A stretch of 63,628 bases of DNA, counting the filler. It is 6 parts of 6 records of this genome, joined end to end, with 100 filler letters (N's around TTAATTAATTAA, not from the genome) between each part and the next. Parts side by side here need not be neighbours in the genome. Positions count along the whole stretch, not along the records: positions 41,660 to 47,962 come from SRR31156797_12375; positions 48,063 to 63,628 come from SRR31156797_12400; 4 more parts are not named here. One strand, given 5' to 3'. Below are positions 46,521 through 56,140 of the stretch, piece after piece (position 1 is the first letter of the stretch; every line of letters starts with the position of its first letter). The position numbers and the translations under genes are program-made. The notes beneath the pieces were generated by a model, which had not been told where the DNA came from, ran no database searches, and saw only the letters and a program-made list of their open reading frames with translations.

Positions 46521-47903
46521 GTGACGGAAAAAAAAGAAAATGATCCCGCCGAAGACCGCCAGCTTTATTCCCTCATGGAATCCATCCATGACAACGTGGT
46601 GATTTCAGACGGACAGGGGGTGATCCAGTGGGTCAGCCCCTCCTGTGAGGAGACCTACGGCATACCCAGAGAAGAATTCATCGGCAAAGACACCTTTGAA
46701 ATGGAACGCCGAAAAATCTGGTACCCGGCCGTAGCCCCCATGGTCCTCAGGAGCAAAGAAAAAATCACCATCCTGGAACAGACCCAAAAAGGAGAAAAAC
46801 TGGTGGTCACGGGAATTCCCATCCTCAACAAAAACAATGAGATCAAGCGGGTGGTGAGCTATTCTTTTGATCCCTCCTATCTATTGGAACTCAGTGAGCA
46901 GTACCAGAATATGAAGGCCCTGATCTCCAGGTATTCGGCAGAAATTCGGGAACTGAGGAACAAAGAGATGCACCTGCCCGGTGTCATTGCCCAGAGCGAA
47001 AAAATGAATTCTATCTTCAAACTGCTCATGAAGGTGGCCCAGGTGGAGACCAATCTGCTCATCACCGGGGAATCCGGAGTGGGAAAAAGCCTGATTGCCC
47101 GCAGGATACACCAGAACAGCACCAGGAGCCAAGGCCCCTTCATTGAGATCAATTGCGGGAGCATTCCTGAAAACCTTCTGGAATCAGAACTTTTCGGGTA
47201 TGAACCGGGTGCCTATACCGGTGCCCTTAAAACAGGAAAAATCGGCATGATCCAGCTGGCCCATGAAGGAACCCTCTTCCTCGATGAAATCGGGGAACTC
47301 CCCTTAAACCTCCAGGTCAAACTGCTCAAGGTAATCCAGGACAAGGTTTTAAAAAGGCTCGGCAGCACAAAAGATTCAAACGTGGACTTCCGGCTGGTGG
47401 CCGCCACCAACCAGGATCTGAAAAGATTGGTCAACAAGGGACTGTTCAGGGAGGATCTGTTCTACCGCCTTAACGTCGTCCCCATCCATGTACCCCCTCT
47501 GAGGGACCGGAGTGAAGACATTCTCCCCCTGATCATGCACTTTTTAAAGCAGGCAAACAAAAAATACAAAAAAAACAAAACCATTTCCAACAATGCAGTG
47601 GACACTCTAATGTCCTATGAATGGCCCGGCAATATCCGTCAGTTGAAAAACATCATCGAACGGCTGGTCATCCTTTCGGACAAGGATCATATCAGAAAAC
47701 ACAGCGTCCTCAGCAGAACCACCAATAAGCCAGCCATAAATCCCGATGAAAACATGCCCTTGAAAAAAGCCCTTCAAACTGTGGAAAGACAAATTATTCA
47801 AAACGCCTATGAACAGCACCGGACCACTGTAGGAGTGGCTGCCGCCCTGAAAATAAGCCAGTCTTCGGCAGCCAGGAAAATACAACAATACGTCAAGAAT
47901 TAA
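46521..47903 (+). CDS. PAS-domain sigma54-dependent activator (TyrR/RocR-like)
   Basis: GESGVGKS, ESELFG, GAYTGA, FLDEIGE, WPGNIRQL and HTH. Confidence 0.94.
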   Translation: MTEKKENDPAEDRQLYSLMESIHDNVVISDGQGVIQWVSPSCEETYGIPREEFIGKDTFEMERRKIWYPAVAPMVLRSKEKITILEQTQKGEKLVVTGIPILNKNNEIKRVVSYSFDPSYLLELSEQYQNMKALISRYSAEIRELRNKEMHLPGVIAQSEKMNSIFKLLMKVAQVETNLLITGESGVGKSLIARRIHQNSTRSQGPFIEINCGSIPENLLESELFGYEPGAYTGALKTGKIGMIQLAHEGTLFLDEIGELPLNLQVKLLKVIQDKVLKRLGSTKDSNVDFRLVAATNQDLKRLVNKGLFREDLFYRLNVVPIHVPPLRDRSEDILPLIMHFLKQANKKYKKNKTISNNAVDTLMSYEWPGNIRQLKNIIERLVILSDKDHIRKHSVLSRTTNKPAINPDENMPLKKALQTVERQIIQNAYEQHRTTVGVAAALKISQSSAARKIQQYVKN

Positions 47904-47962
47904 ACGATAAGGGTCAAAGCTGGTAAAATTCACGGATATGATCCTTGTGCAGGTCAAAAGAC

Positions 47963-48062
47963 NNNNNNNNNNNNNNNNNNNNNNNNNNNNNNNNNNNNNN
48001 NNNNNNTTAATTAATTAANNNNNNNNNNNNNNNNNNNNNNNNNNNNNNNNNNNNNNNNNNNN
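47963..48062. other. artificial contig linker
   Basis: N44-TTAATTAATTAA-N44. Confidence 0.98.
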
Positions 48063-48205
48063 CTGAAATCAATATTTCAAAGATACAATCTGCCCCAAAG
48101 GGATGCCTTCGGCAAAAGCAATTCACAACGAATTGATATAACTGTTTGTATTTGCGTTTGCTGAAATCAATATTTCAAAGATTCATTTTTACTGCAACCA
48201 TTAAA
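48063..48205 (-). CRISPR. terminal fragment of a Bacteroidota type II-C-like CRISPR array: extended repeat (48063-48129), 30-nt spacer (48130-48159), degenerate terminal repeat (48160-48205)
   Basis: Minus-strand repeat GTTGTGAATTGCTTT[22-nt insert]CAGATTGTATCTTTGAAATATTGATTTCAG(C); CTGAAATCAATATTTCAAAGAT recurs exactly after a 30-nt spacer; no cas genes in the window. Confidence 0.75.
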
Positions 48206-50093
48206 GCACCTTAATAATCTCCAACGGCTGAGCGCGGCCTTTGAGTTCTACTTTGCCGAGGGATTGGAAGTTGTTGACTTCGGGTTTGGCGTATTTGATC
48301 ACCTCTTCGGAAACCAGGAGCTGGGAGCTGAATTTTTTGTTGAGCTGCTCGATGCGCGCTGCAATGATTACGGTGTTTCCGGTGATGGAATATTGCTTGC
48401 GCAGGTTGGTCCCCACATTGCCGGCCACGACCATACCCGTGTGTAAACCGATCCCGATCCTGGTGGCTGGAATTTCGTTGGCCTCGCTTTTTTGGTTTAC
48501 CTTTTCAATGATCTCGCGTGCAGCATTCATCGCATTCAGGCTATCGTTGCCCCTGGAAACCGGTGCTCCAAAAGTGGCCATAAAGCCATCACCCAAAAAC
48601 TGGTTGATGACGCCATGGTGCCGGTACACCGATTCAATCATAAAGCTAAATACATCATTCTGGAAACTGATGATCTCCTCGGGGTTGCGCTTTTCGGCAA
48701 ATGTGGTAAAACCCCGGATATCCAGAAACATCACACACACCCTTTTGCGCTCGATTTTGGAATCGGGCTGGCCTGAGATGAGTTCGTTGGCAACCTCTGT
48801 TGAAATCTGCTGTTCGAGCAGGGTTTTGATGCGCTTCTCGGCATCGATGAGTTTGGTTTGTGTGGACTTCACCTCTTCGTGTGCCTTATTGATTTTAACC
48901 AGGTTGCGACGTTTATTGGAATACAAAACATACAGGGCGATAGCCAGCGAAACCAACAAAACCAGTCCGATGATCAGACTTTGGCGAAACTTACTTTGCC
49001 GTTCCAGTTCCAGGTTTTTATTTTCCAGTTCCAGATCCTGAATCTCTTTTTCCTGCGTAAGCAACTGGATTTGTTGGAGGTTCCTTTCGATTTCGAAGTT
49101 TTTTTCGCCCAACGCCAGTTCCTGCTGCTTTTCCGATTCGGCTACTTCCTTGTTGAGTTGCGTGTAGAGTTTATAATATTTCAGCGAGGCTTCGTAATCC
49201 TTTTCCTTTGCCGACTGCCGGGCTTTGGCAATCATCATCTTACCTGTATCTACAGCGTCATTATTATTGGAGGTGTCCAATATCGTTTCAATTGCCGACA
49301 TGGTATCAACATCAGCTTCATACGCCTGGATCTCATTTTTAAATGAGGCCAGCATGCCCGAAGTATCTTCCACCAGGTCCTGGTCGGTAACCCCCAAAGC
49401 CATGTGTTCCATAGCCTGGGCCATATCGCCCAACTGGTCGAAGTTGTAGCTGATCTTTTTGTGAAGCTCCGCGATTTTATCTTCCTCCCCTTTGTCCTTG
49501 AATATATTGATGGCTTTTGTGTACTGCTCGATGGCCTTTTGGTAATTGCCGTTTTTTTCGTTCGATTCCGCCGATTTCAGGATCACGGTGAGGTTTACAT
49601 CCTGCGAGCCGTCGTTTATCATTTGTCCAATCCGAAGATCGGTAATGGCATCCTTAAAAATATTTGATTTTACGCCAATCGAGTCGAGCTTTGCAAGGTA
49701 GGCTTGTGTCCGGTTGACCATCTCTGTTTTTCCGGAGTTTTCGGCAAAAAGCAGGGCATCCCTGAATGTTACCTGAGCATCGTAATAATGTTCTTTCAAA
49801 AACCGGGCCTCTCCCAAAAGGAAATAAGCATCCACTTTCAAATAATATTCATCATCAGAGGCATCAGGTACCTCAGCCGGAAAAATATTGTCGGCAAGGG
49901 TAACAGCCTGCTTTGCATATTTGATGGCCTTGCGATCGTGTGTACCCTGGTAACTTTTGGAAATGCTGTTGAGCAGGGAGAGTTTTTCCACACCATACTT
50001 GCCCCCGAGTAGTTTCTCGAGTTCCTCAGGGGTTTGCTGACCCACAACGATAAAAGGAAAAAGAAATACTAAGACCAAAACCAGATGCCTCAA
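48201..50093 (-). CDS. membrane class III nucleotidyl cyclase with a periplasmic TPR region
   Basis: Signal peptide, TPR-like helices, TM, FLDIRGFT, FLGDG, RIGIGLHTG and AARIEQLNK. Confidence 0.88.
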   Translation of the reverse strand: MRHLVLVLVFLFPFIVVGQQTPEELEKLLGGKYGVEKLSLLNSISKSYQGTHDRKAIKYAKQAVTLADNIFPAEVPDASDDEYYLKVDAYFLLGEARFLKEHYYDAQVTFRDALLFAENSGKTEMVNRTQAYLAKLDSIGVKSNIFKDAITDLRIGQMINDGSQDVNLTVILKSAESNEKNGNYQKAIEQYTKAINIFKDKGEEDKIAELHKKISYNFDQLGDMAQAMEHMALGVTDQDLVEDTSGMLASFKNEIQAYEADVDTMSAIETILDTSNNNDAVDTGKMMIAKARQSAKEKDYEASLKYYKLYTQLNKEVAESEKQQELALGEKNFEIERNLQQIQLLTQEKEIQDLELENKNLELERQSKFRQSLIIGLVLLVSLAIALYVLYSNKRRNLVKINKAHEEVKSTQTKLIDAEKRIKTLLEQQISTEVANELISGQPDSKIERKRVCVMFLDIRGFTTFAEKRNPEEIISFQNDVFSFMIESVYRHHGVINQFLGDGFMATFGAPVSRGNDSLNAMNAAREIIEKVNQKSEANEIPATRIGIGLHTGMVVAGNVGTNLRKQYSITGNTVIIAARIEQLNKKFSSQLLVSEEVIKYAKPEVNNFQSLGKVELKGRAQPLEIIKVL

Positions 50094-50137
50094 TATAATT
50101 GGAGTTTAAGTGTTTTATAACCAATTGATAAGTGGCA

Positions 50138-50145
50138 CAAATGTA
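50138..50145 (-). promoter_or_regulatory. Bacteroidota -7 promoter element
   Basis: TACATTTG (TAnnTTTG consensus) about 45 nt upstream of the cyclase start. Confidence 0.55.
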
Positions 50146-50171
50146 ATTGTATTTTTTTTTGAGATACAGAT

Positions 50172-50210
50172 AAAAAAGAGGCCGTCCTAAAAGTCAGGAC
50201 AGCCCCTTTT
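50172..50210 (-). terminator. Rho-independent terminator
   Basis: AAAAGAGGCCGTCCT...AGGACAGCCCCTTTT imperfect stem with A/T tails. Confidence 0.65.
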
Positions 50211-50229
50211 AAAATCAAAACCTTAACGA

Positions 50230-53200
50230 TTATTTAACGATTACCTTCTGGTAATTCCACGTTGAACTGCCGGCAAACTGCAGGGTATAAACGCCGGGTT
50301 GAATGCTTGTAAGATCGATTCGCAGATCAGCTGACAGGGAGCCACTGGCAACGACTACACCAGTCGTATTGAGAAGCTTCCAGGCCGAACCCAGGGCAAT
50401 CCCATTAACATGCAGATAATCAGTTGCCGGGTTGGGAAAGACATGAACACCATTTACCGAAGAGCCTGTTACATGCATTCCCTCAACCACAGAAATACCA
50501 TTCACTTTAAAATCTGCGCCATCGGAACCTGGTTTAAATTCGGGTGTAAAATCCAGGATTTCTCCGGTTGCCTCCCTGAAAACCCTGAAATGCATCTGTT
50601 CACCTTCAGTGAATCCATCCGTACTGTTGGCGGTGACATCGGCTGCAAAAACAGATATGGCCAGCTGATCATTTTCAAAACGTGCCAATCCGGAGCATAC
50701 ACCTCCCGGGGTAAATACACTCACCCAATCACCGGGCATTAAAACATCGAAAGATGCCAAAGCAGGTACGGCGATGATGTGTGAGCCGGGGGTGTATGCC
50801 GGATCTGGCCACGGACTGGTGTTTCCAGGCTTTAAGGGAGAGGGGGTAATTCCTGAGTGCTTGGTGCATTCAGGGAAGGTTAGGGTAGATTCTTCAGATA
50901 ACTTTAGGAAGTAGGCTTTGCCCGGTTCAAGTGTGGTGAGGGTATAAATGTTAAATGCAGGCCAGTACAAACCTGTTCCGGCAATTTCTTTAACAATCTC
51001 AACGGCATTGCCAAGCGGCGAGAATAGATCCTGGGCATTTACCTGGCAATCGCTGAGTACTGGTAAATAATGCCAGCCGGGCCCCAATATCAGGGTTTGA
51101 TCGTAGGTGTGAATCCCTCTGAGATCAAGCGAGGCAGCTTCTTCAAGCTTTATTTGTGCTCCACGCTGTGCTTCCCAGTTGAGGTAAGTATTTACACCAC
51201 CGGCAGGCCAGTACATGTTATCGAAATCATTGACGATTACCAGGTCATCACCCAAATCAGCGAACATGGCGGGCAGTTCTGGATCGTGCAGATCGAGGTA
51301 GGTTGAAAATCCGCTCCACCCCGCAGGAATATTTACCATTTGTTGTTCCAACACCAAAATGGTAACCGGCTCACTTTGTGTAACATCACAATTGTTGGCC
51401 ACCACGCACCAGTATTCACCTGTATCACCGAGGGTTGCACCCGAAATATTATACTGATGGTCTTTAGCTCCATCTATCATTTCGCCATCCTTATACCATT
51501 GTAGTGAAGGAGGCTGTGTACTGGTTACATCTACCCAAAGCATGGTATTATCTCCTACAATCAATTCAGCATCGCCTGATTGTGCAACAACAACAGGTTT
51601 CTGGTCGATGAAGATCATCATCGAATCGGGCATCATTTTTTCGCAACCTGTGATGACATCAACTGCCTTTATCCTGTAATGGCCCTCGAGCGTGGTAACT
51701 GCCCACAATGGGATGGCTTCGCCGGTTCCCGGATAGACCTCACCTCCCGGATTGGGCATTCCGTTAACGGTAAGATGATAATTCACTCCCACCTGCGATC
51801 CCAGCAGCCAGCAAATTATGGTATCCTGTTCATAGCAAAAATGTGCGCTGTCGCAGGCCAGTCCGAAATCTTCAGGTAAGGGATGAACAGTTATCAAAAC
51901 TTCATCAGTTTCCTGGCATCCGTTCTGATCGGTAACGGTGAGCGTGTAGGTGGTATTTATTAATGGCGAGGCCACAGGCGCTGCTATTTCGGGATTGCTG
52001 AGGCCTGTGGCAGGTGTCCACTGGTAGCTATATGCCGCAACTCCGCCTGAAGCGGAACCGTTGAGCACCGTGGATTCTCCGAGGCAGATTACCTTGTCGC
52101 TGCCGGCGGATGCAAAAACCTGCGGATATTGCTGCACCATGATATCCATCTGCCCGGTACAACCGATGGCATCGGTAACGTTCAGGGTATAAAGTGTTGG
52201 TTCGTCAGGATTGGCTTCGGGATTCTGGATATCTGGATCACTGAGGCCTTCGGCAGGCGACCAGCTCCAGGTGTAGGGCGGTTCGCCAAACGTGATTTCC
52301 GGTTCCAGCGTTACGGTTTCATCCTGACAGAACCAGGCTTCGGCATCCAGATCGATTTCTACGGGTGTACAAACACGGATGGTACGTGATGGCCCTTCAC
52401 CCGTTTCACAATGATAATATCCGCGGTCAGCGGTGCCGATCATGGGCAGATTATACTGTCGATCATCTGCACCATCTATCAGCACATCATTTTTATACCA
52501 CTGGAAAGGCCCTGACATGGTCATTGCATCAAATTCACAGGGTGTGTTAATTTCGTTGCTGTTCAGCAGGTAGATATCCTGATCTTCGGTTCCCCGCCAC
52601 CTGGCCTCCTCGCATTCGATTACGCCGTCATGCATCAGGTGGCCAACAACATTGAGGTAAAACTCATAAGACCATGAGGGCCGGTTCAGAATGGAGTTAT
52701 TGTTATGAAATACACCTTCCAGATCGAGGTCTATATCCGAGTAAATATTATCGTTCACCAGGGCTGCATCCAAAATACAATCCTTAAAGATATTGTCCTC
52801 ATGTATCTCAAAATTCCCAAACAGCAGTGCACCATCGATGGTGGAATATTTGATCACCGATTCATTCAGTCCGGTGATCACGGCATTTTCAGCAGCGTTT
52901 ATCACCACATCATCCATCTCAGTATTGTCAAGCTGAAGCAGGCTTGCTGCAGGCAGGTTTAGTTCATGACCATTGAAATTCATTTCGGCATTTTTAACCA
53001 ACAATTCAGATATCACCTCCACCGGGCCGCCGTTGGCCGGATTGAATAATTGTTCGATCTCAAAAACATGTCCCGCCTGAGATTGGATATAATGTGTGCC
53101 ATTCCCGGGAAACTGTATCTTTTCTGCCAAGAATATACCATTGTTCACAATTGTATCCTCAACAAAAAATACAAAATCATGAGAGTCATTATCTGAATCA

Positions 53201-55476
53201 ATATAGCCGTTGTTTTGGAGTGTTCCTTTAACCATGATTTCGATGTCACTATAATAATTCCCACCCCGGGAGAGTGTATCCGCAACGGTAACATTTTCAA
53301 AAGTATTGCTGCCCCGCATGCCCACATTGTTTTTAAGTGTGATATCTTTAAAATAGACATCCAACAAAAAGCCGCCATTTTGCATGGTAAGATCATTTCC
53401 ATTACCATGGATTTTTATATTTCTAATTTGCCCGGCATCAGCATATATACCGGCATCCTGGAAGTATAGTTCTTTATCACCAAAATCCAATATACACTGT
53501 GAAATATTAATGTCACCGGTGGCAAGCACGTGCCCGTCCGGTTTATTGTCACCAATTTCGGCCTCCTTAACCACACCTGTTGCACTTGAAAACTCTTGGA
53601 TGCCGGAACCTGAGAAAAGCAATTGATCTAAGGTGGCTTCACCGTGATTGTAAAAATCCCCCTCCACATGAAGTTTTATGAAATATGAGTTGTGAGAGGT
53701 GATAACTCCATTGTTGATAAATTCTCCGGAAGTGGCAAGCAGAATGCTTGCGGAAACATTTCTGTTGCGCAGGGTATCATCCACGGTAACGTTCTCAAAA
53801 TGATTTTCATCACCCATAATATGACAATCCCCGCCGACATGAGTTTCTGAAATATGCATATTAACCAAATACGCCCCCTGGCTCAGATACAGAAAATTTT
53901 GTTGCGATGACAGGTTTCCATTCTGCAATGAACCGCCCTCCAGAAAGAGGTTTACATTGTTTAGCTGGATGAAGGACCCATCAACATCTGCTGTACAACC
54001 TTTGAGTGTGACGTCGGTGTTGAGAATAATTTGACTGGCCGGATCCAAATCCTGAAGCGTTTCAATGTCCAGTTCGATGCCTTTTTGGTTTGAGTTTACA
54101 TGCTGGTCTTCTGTTCCGGTGAACCGCAGCCTTTCCACCTCGAAAAAACCATTGTTTTCAATGTCCCCTGAGATGTCGATTTGTAAACCATAGTATTTGG
54201 AATAAGGATTTCGCAGTACACACCCATTGTTAAAAAGATCGCCATCTACCGTAACCTGCTGATGCCCAAAGACGTTCCTCCTCATCAGCGAATCAACAAC
54301 AACCACATTTCCTGACAACACAACACCTGTATGCACTTTAAATTTGCCACCAAGCTGTGGATTTACGATGGTGCAGGCATCGATGTGTGCGTTATTCCGT
54401 AAACTGAAAAGGTGATTATTGGCTTCGATTATACAATCGTTTGGGATGATGTATGCACCGCGAATTTCAATATCGCTTTGCAGGATAATCTTGGCAGATG
54501 GTTCAAGATTTTCAATTTCATCACAAAAAATGAATGCCTCAGGAGTGAAAGTAATATTGTGATCCTGGATTCCATCCAGTTTTAAAATACCTCCTGTCCA
54601 TTCACCATTGTTTGTAATATCACCATGAAGAATCAGGTTCATGTGGTTATTGGTTTCCTGTATCAAACCCAGGTTGGTAAAATTACCGAAAACTTCCAGC
54701 GTTCTGGTGCCATTGATCAGGTTTTGCAGGGTATCGGCATTGATGATTTCGCCGCTTGCTGTATTGCCGGAACCAATATTTACTGTGCCCTTAAATGTAA
54801 GGTTTTCAATAACGCAATCCTGCAGATACGAACCATCTCCCATTCTCAAACTACTGTGGTTGCCGATGATATTAGCTTCAACAATCTCTTCCTCATACAA
54901 TGCCACTTCAATTCCCGGGGCAAACTCAACGGTGGTATTATTCATCACAAGTGTAATGTCATTAAAGGTAAGGTTGGTGATAAACTTCAGGGGGCTGGTG
55001 GGATCAATATCTTCAAAATCAATACTGGTACGGGATGCCCCAAAAACCTTTCCGGGCGCAGCCGATACAATTTGTTCATCCTCACCGGCAAACCGCACAC
55101 GCGGGCTATCCCAGACGCCATTTAGATGCAGGTTGCCATAAATTTTCAGCGTGAAATAATTGTTGGTGTAGGTTGCGGTACCATCAATCCAGATATTACC
55201 CAGCACTACAAGTCTTTCCGTTCCGTTTATCCGGTTTTGAATGGTTCCTGATGGGGCAACATAAAGGTGCATACACGAGTCATCATCCATGATATTTACC
55301 AGGTGGTTTACTACCACACTGTCGGCAACGGTGGGAACTACACCGCCCACCCAGGTGTCGGCAATGTTCCACCGGCCATCCTGTGCAGAGGTGATGGTTT
55401 CGGCGTTAAGACTTGATGAAAGCGCAAGGTATATTGCGACTATCAGCATCAAAAAATTTGTAACTAGATTTCTCAT
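50230..55476 (-). CDS. large T9SS-secreted protein (beta-helix-like repeats, Ig/PKD-like domains, type A CTD)
   Basis: Signal peptide; WVGGVVP start; QWYK Ig domains; WSPAEGLS/WTPATGLS repeats; VFPNPA...KVIVK CTD. Confidence 0.88.
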   Translation of the reverse strand: MRNLVTNFLMLIVAIYLALSSSLNAETITSAQDGRWNIADTWVGGVVPTVADSVVVNHLVNIMDDDSCMHLYVAPSGTIQNRINGTERLVVLGNIWIDGTATYTNNYFTLKIYGNLHLNGVWDSPRVRFAGEDEQIVSAAPGKVFGASRTSIDFEDIDPTSPLKFITNLTFNDITLVMNNTTVEFAPGIEVALYEEEIVEANIIGNHSSLRMGDGSYLQDCVIENLTFKGTVNIGSGNTASGEIINADTLQNLINGTRTLEVFGNFTNLGLIQETNNHMNLILHGDITNNGEWTGGILKLDGIQDHNITFTPEAFIFCDEIENLEPSAKIILQSDIEIRGAYIIPNDCIIEANNHLFSLRNNAHIDACTIVNPQLGGKFKVHTGVVLSGNVVVVDSLMRRNVFGHQQVTVDGDLFNNGCVLRNPYSKYYGLQIDISGDIENNGFFEVERLRFTGTEDQHVNSNQKGIELDIETLQDLDPASQIILNTDVTLKGCTADVDGSFIQLNNVNLFLEGGSLQNGNLSSQQNFLYLSQGAYLVNMHISETHVGGDCHIMGDENHFENVTVDDTLRNRNVSASILLATSGEFINNGVITSHNSYFIKLHVEGDFYNHGEATLDQLLFSGSGIQEFSSATGVVKEAEIGDNKPDGHVLATGDINISQCILDFGDKELYFQDAGIYADAGQIRNIKIHGNGNDLTMQNGGFLLDVYFKDITLKNNVGMRGSNTFENVTVADTLSRGGNYYSDIEIMVKGTLQNNGYIDSDNDSHDFVFFVEDTIVNNGIFLAEKIQFPGNGTHYIQSQAGHVFEIEQLFNPANGGPVEVISELLVKNAEMNFNGHELNLPAASLLQLDNTEMDDVVINAAENAVITGLNESVIKYSTIDGALLFGNFEIHEDNIFKDCILDAALVNDNIYSDIDLDLEGVFHNNNSILNRPSWSYEFYLNVVGHLMHDGVIECEEARWRGTEDQDIYLLNSNEINTPCEFDAMTMSGPFQWYKNDVLIDGADDRQYNLPMIGTADRGYYHCETGEGPSRTIRVCTPVEIDLDAEAWFCQDETVTLEPEITFGEPPYTWSWSPAEGLSDPDIQNPEANPDEPTLYTLNVTDAIGCTGQMDIMVQQYPQVFASAGSDKVICLGESTVLNGSASGGVAAYSYQWTPATGLSNPEIAAPVASPLINTTYTLTVTDQNGCQETDEVLITVHPLPEDFGLACDSAHFCYEQDTIICWLLGSQVGVNYHLTVNGMPNPGGEVYPGTGEAIPLWAVTTLEGHYRIKAVDVITGCEKMMPDSMMIFIDQKPVVVAQSGDAELIVGDNTMLWVDVTSTQPPSLQWYKDGEMIDGAKDHQYNISGATLGDTGEYWCVVANNCDVTQSEPVTILVLEQQMVNIPAGWSGFSTYLDLHDPELPAMFADLGDDLVIVNDFDNMYWPAGGVNTYLNWEAQRGAQIKLEEAASLDLRGIHTYDQTLILGPGWHYLPVLSDCQVNAQDLFSPLGNAVEIVKEIAGTGLYWPAFNIYTLTTLEPGKAYFLKLSEESTLTFPECTKHSGITPSPLKPGNTSPWPDPAYTPGSHIIAVPALASFDVLMPGDWVSVFTPGGVCSGLARFENDQLAISVFAADVTANSTDGFTEGEQMHFRVFREATGEILDFTPEFKPGSDGADFKVNGISVVEGMHVTGSSVNGVHVFPNPATDYLHVNGIALGSAWKLLNTTGVVVASGSLSADLRIDLTSIQPGVYTLQFAGSSTWNYQKVIVK

Positions 55477-55502
55477 AATTCTGAATTTGTTAGGTTAAAC
55501 TT

Positions 55503-55658
55503 TCATTTATCGTTTTGTTTCTTGCTGAATTGTTCGATGATTTTTTGGAGGGCTTTCTTTTGCTGTTCCAGGCGTTCACGGGTTTCAGAAATCTGATCGT
55601 GGTCTTTTTCCTGATCCGTGCCTTTTGGCTTTTGCTTATCTTTTTTTGGAGATTTCAT
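55503..55658 (-). CDS. small 51-aa charged, coiled-coil-like protein (not in the ORF track)
   Basis: MKSPKKDKQKPKGTDQEKDHDQISETRERLEQQKKALQKIIEQFSKKQNDK; ends 26 nt before the T9SS gene. Confidence 0.55.
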   Translation of the reverse strand: MKSPKKDKQKPKGTDQEKDHDQISETRERLEQQKKALQKIIEQFSKKQNDK

Positions 55659-56140
55659 AGCTATTGCTGGTGAACCACAAAGCTATTACGGGATGGTGGG
55701 CGAAGTCAAATTCCGGATGTGTTCAAAGGGTAACAGGGCGGGGTTCAAAAAGTGGCAATTTTTTGAACAATCTCAAAAACAGACCATTAAACAGGAAGCA
55801 AAATTATAATCAGCAAACACATGTATGTGGCAAATATCAAACATATTAACCTGCTTAATTCACCAAAATCGTATCCATTGTTTGCGGGAAGCGAGAATCA
55901 GTGTTTTTGTGGTTGCCAATGTTTTCAGGATACTCCGGCGAAGCAGATTGCTTTGACAACCCGGACAAAACAAGCCGTCCGATCACTACGCTTACCTCTG
56001 TAAATGCGTTCCCACAGTCCCCGTCCTGCCGGTAATGTGTGAATGATGTAACTTATTCGTTAAGTTATGTAACAGTTTAAGAGCATGACAGACATACTTT
56101 TACACCCTGGAAATACTTCCAGAAATTAAATTCAGTAATA

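Noticed and set aside
18352-48062. Five recurring TTAATTAATTAA motifs and abrupt GC shifts as genomic islands or att sites
   Set aside because: Each is the centre of an identical 100-nt N-padded linker; the shifts reflect different source organisms.
48063-50093. Cyclase next to CRISPR as a type III or Pycsar-like defence module
   Set aside because: The repeat is type II-C-like, the cyclase is a membrane TPR sensor type, and no effector or cas gene is present.
55880-56030. GCGGGAAGC...GCGTTCCCAC as a REP or MITE remnant
   Set aside because: Single, poorly paired copy with no supporting repeat in the window.
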